This document shows, piece after piece, positions 38,736-52,513 of a DNA stretch of 64,000 nucleotides (the stretch's first letter is position 1; the number at the start of each line of letters is the position of its first letter). Both the position numbers and the translations under genes were made by a program. The stretch comes from Glaucostegus cemiculus. Lineage: Eukaryota. The stretch lies in NCBI GenBank assembly GCA_976551045.1, contig CDPCPM010000062.1, positions 4,588,001 through 4,652,000 of the forward strand, read 5' to 3'. The notes beneath the pieces were generated by a model. That model was not told where the DNA came from and did no database searches. It saw only the letters and a list, made by a program, of their open reading frames with translations.

Positions 38736-41055
38736 ATGATAATTATTTCACGATATATTTTCCAAAATGATGCTGGTGATTTTTATATATTTAAACGTCT
38801 ATCCGTATGCGTGTGTTTGCACATTCTTGCCACAGCGCAATGCTAATTTAGGAAGACCAGGCTTCCATTCCTCTTAATAAGCTGCACAGAGGAACGTGGA
38901 AGTTTTACAGCCATATAATAGATTCCAAACTACAGCAAATGACTTGTAATGGAATTGATATAAAGGTATTTCAAAATACGCTGACAGACATGATATATAT
39001 TATTATTCAACCGCATTTCAAATATATGCTCTGTGATCAAGTGCTCGTTGCTACTTTGTCTATTGAAGTGTAAAGTTCCCAGCTGCATCTTCAGTATGAT
39101 CTGTTGCTGCGCAACATAATCTTAATGTTGCATAAAGTCTTTTTCATGTGTTTGCAACCAGCTTCCAATAACACTCTAAAAATATATTAGAATAACATGA
39201 AAAAAACCTCATAATTGAACGGATAGGATTTCCAAAAATACAGCGTTCCAGATGTTGTGAAATTTCCCAAAATTTCTGCAAAACACTATGTTGCTCTCCA
39301 ACATTTTGAATTTGTCCTTCTGTCTCGTTGTCCGTCTGCCTCTCTGCCTGCCTGTCTGCTTTTCTATCTATCTGTCTACCTATCTGTCTGACTGTTTGCC
39401 TGTCTGTCTATTTATGCAATTGAGAAATTGTTTGTAATTGAATATTTATCGATTTTCAATCGTGTAAGATCAAATATGCCAAAACTGCTGAATACATAAC
39501 AGCAGCATTGCTTAGAGACCAGCAATACTTGCAAAGCTTTATTAACCACATTTTTATTTCTAAAATAATTGGCAATATTTGGAGTTACAGCCACAATGTT
39601 TTTATATAATCGTATTAACGTGAGTCTTGCTTTCTCTGCTTCCGTGCTTTATTCAGTTCGATCTGTTCAAACGGTGCTGCGAAAAATGCATTCATGGATT
39701 CCTGGTAATAAAAAGAAAATAAGAATTTGGTGTTGTTGCTAAATAAACAGTATCAGTGTTTTATAAGCAATGTTACAATCTGATTAGATAACCGAATGCA
39801 AGCATACTTCAGATGTTGGACAGACTATTATAATTTGTACTATACTTATCAACATTTACAACAAAGTCCGTGCGGTCGCAATGATCAAAGTACAACCGTA
39901 CGAAGAAACTGGCAATCCTGGGAAATGGAGAAATAAAGTGTTAAATAGTTAAAAAAATACTTTTGCCAATTTCCTGCCTCACATTATTTGGAAATGAATT
40001 GATGGCACTTTGAGGAACGTCGGTGTTCTAGGCGTATGTTTGACTTCAGCTAACAGCCTGATTTTTTTGTTATTGTTGAAGGAGGGTGGCTTGGATGAAA
40101 TGCTGATTTTATTCTGTTCAATTACATTACTTTTCATTCAATTGCCCCCTTCCATTGACTCGTATCTTCCAAGTTTTCGTCGGAGATCAATTATTTCCAA
40201 TCTTAGAACATTCGGTAGCGGCAACCTATTTTCAGCGAGGAATGTTTAGACTTAGAAAATATGATTTTATTTACACATTATGTGATGTCTCTCCTCTGCT
40301 CGACAATGCTATGCATTTTTCTGATTAATTTGAATTACATTTCTTTTTCTTTTATTTTTATACATTCTGCTGACATCCCGCCGCTCTGCTAAAATCTTTG
40401 ACAGCTCGACTTCGGATTTATTTTAAGTTATTTGTAACGTAGGAAAAGTTTAGAACACAAAGCCATCTCTCAAAGCGGTTCCTGCAATATTTACATTAGC
40501 ACGCCGTTTCGTTTTAGGTATGTACAGGAAACGTGGAGATTACCGACAGTTTTATAGTCTGGTGGTATATCAACCAAAGAATATTCTTTAACGACCGAGG
40601 GACGAATGCAGTCCAATAACCTCCCGATAAAACATCCTCGCTGGTCGAAAGCCTTTCTGCATAGAACTCGCACTGCAACTACCGGAGCGACCCAGAGTTC
40701 AAAAAGAAAATAACATTTAATAATATGAGAGCAAATGCTTCCTAAAGGATCTCAGATGCAAATGCAGAAACATATTTTATTGTAACTATCCTTTACTTTC
40801 AACGTACCAGGTGCATCGTTGCAAGACTGTGTATCTGCTGTATATACAGTGGCCTGGGGTTTCTTGTCTACGTATAACATCGAAAAAATATAACTATTAA
40901 TCTTGTGCATTCGGCTAGTGAGCAACGAAAGCCAAAGTAGAATGACTGTCGCAATTGCAAGGGAACTCGTTTCGGAGACACCTTCCATGATCTAATGAGA
41001 GAATTAGGAGACAGAGAGAGAGAAAAAAAAGTTGTAAAACAGAAGGAGGAAATGA
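38736..41055 (+). pseudogene. Decayed HoxA8 relic (exon-1 remnant ~38736-39150; homeobox remnant ~41004-41055)
   Basis: ATG..TAT TTC..TTT TCC AAA..GCT GGT GAT (M..YF..FSK..AGD), Y-A-C-F-A-H (38806) and N-L-G-R-P (38845) match Hox8 MSSYFVN.LFSKYK.GE..YDC.FAQDLGGRP (recalled). TTA GGA..ACA GAG AGA GAG AAA AAA AAG TTG TAA AAC AGA AGG AGG AAA TGA matches [19 protein letters not shown] with stops. Confidence 0.75.
39318..39411. repeat. Degenerate (CTGT/CTGC/CTAT)n tetranucleotide repeat
   Basis: ctgtct/ctgcct/ctatct units in tandem. Confidence 0.8.
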
Positions 41056-41924
41056 TGCCGGGTTAAATCCCCTGCGGGGAACTCGTCAGAATACCTAGCA
41101 ACTCCAAGAGGTTTTGCACAGAATAGCTGTGGTATTGAAACAGCGGAGGAAATGCGGCAGTTCACAAAATGAAATTATGCATTTCAGTAAATCAATACAC
41201 AAACATAGACGGAATCTATAAAAAGATGGAGAGTTCATAGCAGGAGCTGATTTCACTGTGACGCCCCGCCCAATCTCCTTGCACCATTACTGCGGTTTAT
41301 ACCTTTTTTGCATTTCCAGTCCCCACTAAAACCACGCAGATTATCCTGTAATCTAGAGATTAGGTGAATCCTGATCATTAATTCCATAGGGTTACAGTAC
41401 CACAGTGTCCCAACCCCTCCCCCAATCCCATCTCCCTCCAATTTCGTACAGGGTTTCATAATGCTGAATAGCAGCTACCTCTTGCACAGAGAGCGTGTGG
41501 AACAATGGGAGAGGGCTTGTCTTTTAATTGAAACCATGTAATTTTTTTCAAGCAAAGTGCAGAACATATTTCTGAATGTTGATCTAATGTGACCATCAAT
41601 TTCTTTCTATGCGTAAATAATGCTTATTTCCAGAAGTTAAACCAACGTGTCTCCATTTTTTATTTCTGTATCAAAGAAAACCTTTCATTACATTTCCAAA
41701 TTGATCGTGCATCTCATTTTCACAAGCGTTGGAGACATACCTGCGCTCTGGAAATCCTCACATGCGTATGGGGGATTGGCTTGTCAGGAACTTGTTAGAA
41801 GATACTTACTTTTTGAAAGTTCCACTACCTACCTATATTAATAATGCAATCTTTTATATGATTCTTGCATAATTTATTTTGAAAATAGTCAAATAACATG
41901 ATATTTGCCACCTGTGATGTGAAA

Positions 41925-42092
41925 TGCTATTGGGTGACGGGATCACATGGTCGGGTCACGTGAATAGAAATAAGTCGGGCCGGAGGAAAATGGGTGTTTG
42001 GTGTAAATCGGGGGTGTAATGCTGCCATATATCACGCTATCTCGTAAAACCGACACTGAAGAGTCTCGGCCAACAAATCACCAGACAAAATT
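41925..42092 (+). promoter_or_regulatory. HoxA7 promoter / 5'UTR
   Basis: CACATG and CACGTG E-boxes, repeated GGTGTAA, ctcgtaaaa and the ACAAATCA leader motif typical of central Hox 5'UTRs. Confidence 0.65.
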
Positions 42093-42486
42093 ATGAGTTC
42101 GTCGTATTATGTGAATGCTCTTTTTCCCAAATATACGGCGGGGACATCCGTTTTCCAGAACACGAGTGGCTTTACAGAAGCAACTTCTTGCGCTTTTGCA
42201 GCGAACTCACAAAGATCGAGCTATGGAGCGAGCGCGGGCGCTTTCCCAACTCCGATGGCCGGGCTGTACAATGTTAACAGTGCAATCTATCACGGCCCTT
42301 CCATGTACAACACAGGTTATAACCTAAATTCAGATTCCTACAACCTGCGCTGCTCTGCCTTAGACCAGAACATTCCAGTACTTTGCAGCGATCTGAGCAA
42401 ACAGGGTTGCGAAAAATTGGATCAGACAAACGTGCATCCTCAAGCAGAGAGCAATTTCCGGATTTACCCCTGGATGAGGAATGCAG
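42093..42486 (+). CDS. HOXA7: HoxA7 exon 1
   Basis: MSSSYYVNALFPKYTAG, LCSDLSK and NFRIYPWMR hexapeptide; donor GCAG|gtatgg at 42487. Confidence 0.96.
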
Positions 42487-42569
42487 GTATGGGACATCCG
42501 AGTAACACGGCTATAGGAGACGTGCAAACGGCCAGTTAAGATGAGAGCCAGTGCCTCCTGAAAGTAGTT

Positions 42570-42682
42570 TAGAGTTTTAATGATAGCTACGGAACAGTTC
42601 CTCAAACGCATGTGGCATTGTATGCAGATAGCAATCATAAAACTTTTATTGCACAATTAATCAGTACAATCCTCGTAAAAGC
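42570..42682. promoter_or_regulatory. HoxA7 intronic homeodomain-binding cluster (HB1-like)
   Basis: ttttaatga, catAAAActTTTATtgc, caattaatc and ctcgtaaaa clustered at the 5' end of the intron. Confidence 0.5.
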
Positions 42683-43279
42683 ACTCGACATCCGCTCATT
42701 TAAAGTTAACAGCAAGCCACATATTGCTTATTTACTCACTTTTATCAACATAAATAAGTTTTTTTAAAAACTGATACGCGGGAAACAATATAGTCTTGAG
42801 CGAATGGGATGATATGTTCCATGTCTAATGTAAGTTTGCAGATAAAACACTGTCGAGAGACTGAAGAAATTATATTTTACCTCAAGAAAGATCCCTCGAC
42901 CCCTGTAAAGCTTCAACTCTTATAGATGTGGGTTCGTATTTAAATCGCACCAATTTAGTCCTATCATGCAAGCGTTCTGCCCGGATTTGTGTGGTTCTTT
43001 GCTGGTGTTGAACAAGTCAACACACTTGAAGAATCTTAAGTGGGAGTTTAAGACTTGTTACCTGTAATTTCTAGCTCTGAGCCGTTAGCATTGACGTCCC
43101 TTATCTTGTGCCCTAATGTTATTTTACTCAAGATAATGGACACCGATACTTAATTACAATACTTACAGACCACAGAGGCCTCCACTGAATCCTTGCTCTT
43201 TAAATACCCAGCTAGAAGAGAGAAACGCTTCGATCAAGATTGTTTATTTGCCTCCTAAAACAGTCCATCGCTGTTTTAA

Positions 43280-43675
<396 letters not shown>

Positions 43676-46164
43676 AACGTCCAGCTGCTGCCTGAACTGT
43701 GCGAATGTACAAAGCTGTTTCCCAACAGCTAACAATGACATTTAACTACCTAGCCACAACCGTGGACTATCAGAAAGATGCTGTGCATTGCCATTCATGA
43801 TACTACCTATACGTTTCAATAATCTTCTGAAATAAATAATAAAATTACTTTCTCTGATTTGGTTTTAATAAAACAAAATCCAAAATCTTGATCGGCGTTA
43901 GTAAAATGGGTTCAGAATAAGTTCTTTTGGTACTAAAGTGAAAGTCAATGGATTTAAACCCTTTGCCCGGTCGCCACAGATTTTCCCGAGCTAATCTGAG
44001 AATCTCTCATTGCAATAAAACACAGAAAGGAGCACAATTCTGAACCTCTGCACTCTACGTATATAAGGGAATGGGACTCCGATTCTGGGTCTCAGATAGT
44101 GGAGCGATAGGAATAATATGAGCCGAAAAAAAACAAACTGTAGCCATTGTTGTATTTAATTCACTTCATAAGATATATCTCATGCACTGAGCTATTTATC
44201 AAACTTATTTTATCTTCATTAATTCGCATTCTAAACATATTTTAAAACATTTCTGCACACCATTCACAAAATGAGAACGTTGTGATTTTAGGATCTCATT
44301 TCCAGTCCAATCAGAAACCAAGTATACGAGCCACCCTGTCATGTATTACAAGAACTGATCAGAAAACTAACTCACCAGTAAAATAGTTTATTTCTGATCA
44401 ATTCCTGATTTTTCTCTACATTGTTTATTGTGTTCCGAGTATGTCTTTTATTTCATTTATGTAACGTCCCCACTAAGGGTATAAAACAATGTTTTGTTTT
44501 CACTTGGCAATTAAATGTAACTACCTAAACCACAATAGTGGACATCTTGCACGTTTAATGGAAACTACCTAAATGTTTTAATTTAATATTCGTTTCTAGA
44601 CAGAGAATGTTGTTCTGAATTCTTGACTTTTCTCCCTTCTTATAACAGTACCATAATATGAGAGTAAAATAGTGAAATATATTCCGATATGTGTGTATTT
44701 TAATGAGGTGCGTATGTAGTCACTTTATAACAAGAGAATAGTGAATACTACCTAGATGCCCGTTTACGTTTAACGCAAATGGAATCCTTTCGCAATATGC
44801 TTCAATACTATGCTGTAAAAAGCAAAATAGTTGCATTAGGAGGCAGAAATTGCATTATTACTTTTTGATGGGTGTCATTAAAATATGTACTTGCTAAAGA
44901 TTTCAATAAACCTTGTATTATTGAATGATGTAATCGTGTTTCTTTAAGTGTTGTATCAGTTGTCTTAGACATGTGTACTGTGTAAATTATAAAAAAATCT
45001 AATAACCAAATGTAATGATAGAAAACCCGAACTGCATCGTCAGCTGAATATATTGTGGTTCCATATTCGGTGTGGTATCTGTCAATCGAAAGTTTGCCCT
45101 GTAATCTGTGTATGTGTTGTTCAATAATAACCGATGTTAAAGGTTTAAGGTGCAATCTATTGAAAATATATATATTCGTTCTCGACATGTATACTTTGAA
45201 TGGAAACTGTGTAAGAAAGCAAAACTCAAAAACATTAAACGGTGCTTGAATAAACATGGTCTCGATTTCTTGTCTGAGCCATACACCACCAAATGAGTAG
45301 GTATATGGTTCGTTATAAAGGTATGGGTTGCATAATTACTAACAATAATTAAATATAAGGTGTTTGAAAAATTATACACACTTCTTCATACACCGTACAT
45401 CATCTTCCAATTATCTGATTTTCATTATATAAAATGAAACATACCCTTAAAACACCTTATTGCCAATCTTTATATTAATTAAAGCCTACGTTAGAAAACT
45501 CGATTGTTAAAACAGCGTAATTGTGATGAAAACTGGCCAGATGTTTTATTTTGAGCACGACAGTATCAGACGGGATGCATTCGAATTGGGGAATCTGGGC
45601 AAAAAGTTACAACTGAGTAATTAGCATTTGATTCCAAATCGTGCCCATTTATCAATCTGTGAGCACTGGAAGGAAACATTTTAAAAAAATGAAACAATGT
45701 TGTATTCGGACTCAGTATAAAACACAAATAGGAAGTGGGGAGAAGAGCCGCGTGCTCTGTCATCGGCGACCTTTGAACGAATTTTCGGGCAAGTGCATCT
45801 TTATATGTTATGGATGCAGAGCGGCCGCGCATCCTGAATCCGAATCACAGAGTATGAACGAGCCAGGGTTCATTTTCTAACTGCAGCATACTAAAGTAAA
45901 ACGGAAAACTGGAAAGAAAAATATGGATAGAAAGCTGCGGTTAAACGTAACACCGACTTGATGCGCTTTAATAACAGCCTGGGTCCAGAAACAGCACTGA
46001 CCTGCATAAAAAAAATCCCACAAATTACAGATGGATATTATTATCGTGATAACTTGTCTTCGGAAACTGAAAAATTATGTTTAAACTGCGGAAAAAATCT
46101 TTTATAATTTCGCAATTTTAACTTGTCTCTTTGTTAAAAATGGCGTCTAGGACCTGCCTCCTAA

Positions 46165-46750
46165 TAGTCATGGGGAAATGTCATAAATCCGTTGTTGTTT
46201 TATGAAAATTTACAACTTTGCAATAGAACTTTACGAGTTGTTCGGTTTTTCCATTGGCCGTTGAAAGTCATGTGGAGAGTAACCGTGAACATGAACTTTT
46301 TATAATTTCCCTTGCGACTATAGAGCTGCATTCTTGTGCTAAACGCGTCTTGGTTCGGATGTGAGAGCTTTGGAGGCTTTTTTTTTCCCGACGCATATTT
46401 TGTTCTTTTTCTCCCCCCTCCCAGCGCACTGATTATTGCCCGTGGAGCCGCAATACATCCAAGCTTTCAGCACAAATCTCATGGCTGGCAACCGCGAATT
46501 CCTCCACAGAAGATGGAGCATTGGACTAAAAAGCGCCGGCTGCTATCCGCAGGGCAGTTTCCTGCAAGTCGTCACTAAACGCCGCTGGCGGAATGCGAGA
46601 GCCATTGGCCCGGGCTGAAGCTGAACGGACAGCTGTCAAACTAACACGGACTCTTCGAACACTCTCACTGGGGCTGAGTCAATCCTGCGCACGGCCTGTG
46701 CAGTGCCCGGGAGAGCCAGCCCGAGAGATCGATTCAGTTGCAAGGTAAGG
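46165..46750 (+). promoter_or_regulatory. Conserved A7-A6 intergenic element with CpG-rich putative non-coding first exon
   Basis: gtcataaatc, ttttatgaaaatttacaac, tttacga, inverted CCAAT (ccattggc) and ttttataa, followed by a GC/CpG-rich stretch ending in a strong donor caag|gtaagg (46745). Resembles the four-cluster conserved Hox7/8-6 element. Confidence 0.6.
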
Positions 46751-47629
46751 CCCACTGGTCATTCGTCACTGTGCAGTTCCGTAAATAAAGAACCCTTTAA
46801 AGATATTATGCTAAAACCTGCTTCCTAAAATTCTTAATTTGTCAAAGTTAGAGCATATGGTCCAAAAGGGTCAACGACATTCGGAATATGTAATTCGAAA
46901 TATCACATTGGTAATACGTTTTTTTTTAAAAACAATTTGAGTGTTGTTACTGGCTTCTTTCATTCTTTGGAACTGTGAAATATGTTTTTTTAATAAAAAG
47001 TGTGAAAAATGCTATTGACGCGGTGCGTTACGGCTGATCTGATCGACAACTGGCTTATTGGTTGAGAAAAAGAGAGCAATTATTAGGAAGTAAAACATAT
47101 TGCTTGATCGATATTGTTTTTAAGAAGATGCCGTATAGTAGGAATTCCGTGTTGTTTTAACAAAAGGGTTTTGCACATTTTATGGGGCAAGGAAGCTACA
47201 TCCACTTAAGTTTAAAATAAATAAGGTGCCGGTTGCAACGATGGCGACCGGTTATTTTCACCAATCAATTGATTATTTGATTTCAATCGTCTTTCATCAA
47301 TGCATAATTTTGCTTTAATGTGCTATATTTTAAAAAAATTCTGTAATTTCTTTGGAAATTATCTGATAGCAACCTAACGAGCGTTCTGTGCTAGCGTTAA
47401 CTTGGAGACGCCATCCGTAATTATTAGCGGTTTATTGCTGTGCTGAAGTTGATCATGAATGGAAAGAAAAGATCAAAGGCGTCCTATTTCGGGTGTGAGC
47501 AGACAAAAGTGTCTGTTATTGTCGGAGCTTAGCGCGGCGGCTGTCTTTCTGGCACTGAAACAGTGTTGTCTGACCTAAAATGTGAAAATGTGTGGATATT
47601 GATGTTTGCTATTAGTTTTTGGACTCGAT

Positions 47630-47645
47630 GCTGCCATCGTGTGTT
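47630..47645 (-). promoter_or_regulatory. Candidate CTCF motif (A7|A6 interval)
   Basis: Reverse complement AACACACGATGGCAGC is a partial match. Confidence 0.3.
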
Positions 47646-50600
47646 TGGAGTGTGAACAAACCTGCGCTCGGGGCAGCACAGCGTCTCTTTCTGGTCATAT
47701 GTTGCTGATTAAATGGTTGAGTTCAGTTCTCAAATTAACTGTTATGTAAGTTGTTTTGTGGACTCGTCCAGTAATCATCATTTTGCTTACATAATATCCG
47801 AATGTCCTGAATTCGATTCAAGAGCTCGGTGAAGCTCATTTACACGAAATTAATGTTTTAAATTTGAAACGGCTACAACTCTGAGCGTTCAGTTGCGCGC
47901 AGAATAATAATAACCCCTGTGAAGTGTATGTTTGGCAAACCATTAGGAACATGTAAAGATTTTGAATGTTTGTACATTAGCAAAGAATTTCCTACATTAG
48001 GTATTGAACTCTATTTGATCCTTAGTATTGTTTATGCCAACGGCAGAAGGTCGTTTGAACATGTTTGTGGTTTGAAATAGAAAATTAGATTTAAGAAGGA
48101 GTCTGTGATTAAAGAAAACTAAGAGAAATATACCGGTTTACTGTAAATCAATGTAATTCTAAATAATAGACCTAAATTGTAATAATAATCCGTGGTTAAG
48201 ATGGTAAAAAGACCTTTTAATGCTGGCATGGGTGCGAAAGAAGCGTGAATTCGAATTCAGCGAAGAATTAAATTAATCCAGAACTTTAAAGTAAGTTACC
48301 AAAAGCAGTATTTTCGATTAATCGAGAATTCAGTGGACAGACAAGTTTTGTTTAAAATACTGCAGGCTGAATTAATTTAAATACTCTGTATAACGCAGAG
48401 GCTGCAAATACTACCTTTAATCATTTAAATACTTCCTAGATACGTTGCGTTTTTCGAATGTGTTGCAATTATTAGAAAAATAATTAGGAGATTATTGTAC
48501 TTCTCTGCATTACTTGCAATTTAAAAAAATGCAACATGTAAACGAGAAATGATGATAGCAATGTGTAATACAATGTGCCAGGTATGTTGCCATCTTGAAT
48601 CACGGCCTCATATTTCGCAGTTTCAGAAGCTGTATTGTTTTGTTTAGGAAGAAGACGATGCGTGATTTAATATGTTTAACTGTTATTATATTACAAAATA
48701 TTTAATGGTCAGGGCAGCGATTGTTGCATTTTAAGTTAACTACAAGCGCCAAACCAAGGCCCCAAATATGTCTATTAGGCCAAGAAAAGCGAAAGGCATT
48801 TATGACTGGAATTACTTCTGCTGCAACTGTTTAGACTGTACTAAACTTAATCACCCCCAGAACGAAAAGTCTTGGCCAAAAATTCCCTCTAATTAACTAG
48901 ATGATAAAATCTAATTTACATATCTGTGCGTTTGACAGTACTCTAACTTTGATTTAAAAATGGATTTCAAAAGTGTGAAAATTCCTAGCATTGAATTCTA
49001 GTTTCAATGTGTTCGCAGTATTTTGTTTAATATTAGCATTGGAAAGGTCTTGCTGTGTGAAGGAAATGCAAATACGTCAACGGAAAGACTAAATCGGAAT
49101 GATAATATTTTAACCTTTCCCAGACCAATTACCGTCTAGTTCTAAGCTACAACAGACGGAAATTAATTGGCACTGTATCTTCTACAAGATGCATGTCAAT
49201 TAAAAAAAAAATGAACCGAAAAGTGCAGTACAGTATTTAAATTGATCTGCGTTGTTTTCCGTTCAAAAGACAAGCAGAAATTGTTACTGTTTAATACGTT
49301 TTCTGAGTTCTTCGGTTAAGATTTACCCAGTCTGTGTTCATACTGTCATTATATTGCCTTGTTTTATCCAGTTTTCCTAAGACATGGTCCAGCAGCAATT
49401 GTGAAGTGGTTATTAACTATATCACCTAATAGGAAAATAATAGGTATAGGTTACACATTGTTCATCTTAAAATAACATATTTTATCTTCACTAACTTGTG
49501 AAAATTTCCCTTTTTAAGAGTGCAGTGATAGTGGTGGGAGGGGAGGCGAGGGAGGGGGTCTTCAAAATTCTGCACTCATGCTTGAGGCACGAATAAACGA
49601 AGGCTAAAAATATTATCCAAAACAAATCATAAACAGGACAGAACAAGCGTGGATGAGATAATTTCAAATTTATTAAAATCTTATGTACAAATGTAAGAGA
49701 AGGCCCACATGAAGAATTGCATCACAAGGTAGCATACTACAGAACAGTGACTGGGGAAAGCGGCAAGCGTCGGCCTTTCACTAAGAGGATTCGAACTAAC
49801 GTGGTCTTGCACATTTCCCTCCATACTCGTGTTGCATTTATACTCACACCTCCAACAGCTACAGATTTGGGTTTCAGCAGGCATTCTGTGTGTGTGTGTG
49901 TTTTTAGCCAGTCTATATTTAGGGAAGAAAGAGAGATGTAAGGATTCAGTACTGAAAATTAACCTATCGAGGTATTTAACAACTTGCAATAAATGAAATT
50001 TCATCCTTCCCAAAAATACATTTCTAGCATTCGAAGATGTGAAATTGTCCGACTACTAAACAACCGCGTTTATCACTCGCCGTAACTTGCAATCATTGTC
50101 CTATAATTGCTTTGTTTCGAGTTCGGTTACAGGATCTGTAAGTATATTTACCATAACAGTTAAATTTCCCCTATTAAAATATATGAACACACACGTTGTA
50201 TATATGCATTGTTTACACCAGCCTAGATATTTCAATCTCCATGTTACTATTGTTGACAAGAAAAGAAATCTAACGAGATAATGAGATCTTTAGTAAGGAG
50301 CCCTTGGCTTCCGTCCTTTCACTGCGATCTGATGCCGCGCTCAGGGCACAGTAAGTGCTCTCTTATTCCAAAACACAAATGACTCCATCGAGATGTTCAA
50401 AAATGCCTAATTATTGCAAAAGAAACACTCCACTATTTTATGGTCGATAAAACCTTAACAGCGTGCAATTATGGAAAATCGAAGTTGGGATTTGGGGAGT
50501 ATAAGCAAATTTCAATCGCGTGTAATTAAAATAACATTCTGATGGAAGGGAACCCATATGCAGACATATCAAGTATACAACTGAGCTTCTGTGTGTTTGC

Positions 50601-51623
50601 AGGTCGGTTGGACGTTTGAACAATCTCCGTGAACGCTTTGTTAAATACTTTTCTCTCGAAGTACTGTAGTGTTTATATACTAAATGCACATGTAGATGCA
50701 AGCACGCCTTAATGAACAGCGCTGATGCAATAACAATCACTCCCACACACAATTACTGTGAAATCTTTCAAAGCTGAGATATGGCGTTGTGCTCTTCTGT
50801 TGGGATTTTCTTTACAAGAATATCAAAATTAAATCTATAAATCATCACCCTGAATACATACTTTTATTGCTATGTTCTTTCTATTCTTCTTTTTCACCAG
50901 GGTGAATTTACTGAAAGCAGAAAGCAGGGACTATTGCTGTTTACCATTTCAGTACTTGTAGACGCTGTTCTTCTTTACCGTATTTTAAATAGTCAGAGAA
51001 ACATTATTCCTGAGACTGATTTCTGATGTTTTCCAACTAGTCTAACCCAAGCTAACAAAAAGGGTTATTGTGCCTGTAAAAAGAAACATCCAAATGGAGA
51101 CTGAATGAAAAGAATTAATCTATCCTTACAACTGTTATTTACCTATCTAAACAATCATGTGCATCTACATATAAAAGGCATCTACTGAAATAATAATTTG
51201 TTACTCTATTTCTTAGTTTCTATCATCTGTCTTCTAATCACTGTTGATCCAGCTATTGTTGAATACGTAATGCAGAGTCATATTTCCATGTGTTAAGACT
51301 ATATGAAATATGCATGCATAACTATATCCTGTAACATAGTAGGGTTCTCATTGGGCCACTAATATTCTATTAGAACCACCTCTGTTATAGTTCAGAACTG
51401 ATTTGGTTGTTTGTAACTTTGCTAGCTCAGTCGTCGGATCTCCAGGGAGTTTTTTGAACTAAAGTCGTTTTCTATTGGCCAGACACTGATCAGCTGGTTA
51501 TATTTGCTGCTGTCGCTTTGGCGCTCGGCCATCCTGAAACAAACCACCTCGATGACTACTAATAGCTAAACCACATTGTGTACTAATACATAACAAATCA
51601 TATTACTACAGAGTGTGGAGCAA

Positions 51624-52053
51624 ATGAGTTCGTATTTTGTGAACCCTACTTTCCCTGTTTCACTGCCCAGTGGCCAGGACTCATTCCTCGGACAGATCCC
51701 ACTCTATACAACGGGCTATGATGCTCTAAGGCACTTTCCAGCTTCCTATGGGGCAACCACCCTCCAGGAGAAGAGTTACTCGTCACCTTGTTATTATCAA
51801 CAATCCAATTCAGTAATAGCCTGCAACCGTGCATCGTATGAGTATGGAGCTTCTTGTTTCTATCCTGAAAAGGATCTAGCCAGTATCTCGCCATCCGGTA
51901 GTGGAAAGCATAGACCCCAGGATGACTTCTTTTCCTCAGACCAACATTACAAAACAGATTGTGCGCAAAACAAAATTTTAAGTGAAGAGGGAAACGACCG
52001 GAAGTACAGTACTCCAATCTATCCTTGGATGCAACGAATGAATTCAAGTTCCA
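51624..52053 (+). CDS. HOXA6: HoxA6 exon 1
   Basis: [43 protein letters not shown] and [11 protein letters not shown]; donor TCCA|gtgagt at 52054. Confidence 0.96.
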
Positions 52054-52186
52054 GTGAGTATATTTTAGTAGAATACTATATGTAAAAAAAAACTTTACCT
52101 ATACAGATACTTAGTTCCAACTTTACTAGAAAAGTGCTGCATATGTTTAAATGGAGCACTCTGAGTCGAATCGGAAAATTGAATAA

Positions 52187-52513
<327 letters not shown>

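Noticed and set aside
39686-39710. ATG CAT TCA TGG ATT CCT G|gtaat as a relic hexapeptide and donor of HoxA8
   Set aside because: It would make exon 1 ~970 nt; the candidate at ~39139 fits the expected size better. Kept only as an alternative.
39905-40102. ctgggaaatggagaaa ... ggatgaaatg as a possible homeobox remnant
   Set aside because: The spacing (~170 nt) does not fit the 114 nt expected between LEKE and MKW; the 41004-41055 match is much better.
44808-45257. 149-aa minus-strand ORF (and the other 60-120 aa intergenic or antisense ORFs)
   Set aside because: AT-rich composition, no recognisable domain, often non-ATG starts; expected by chance.
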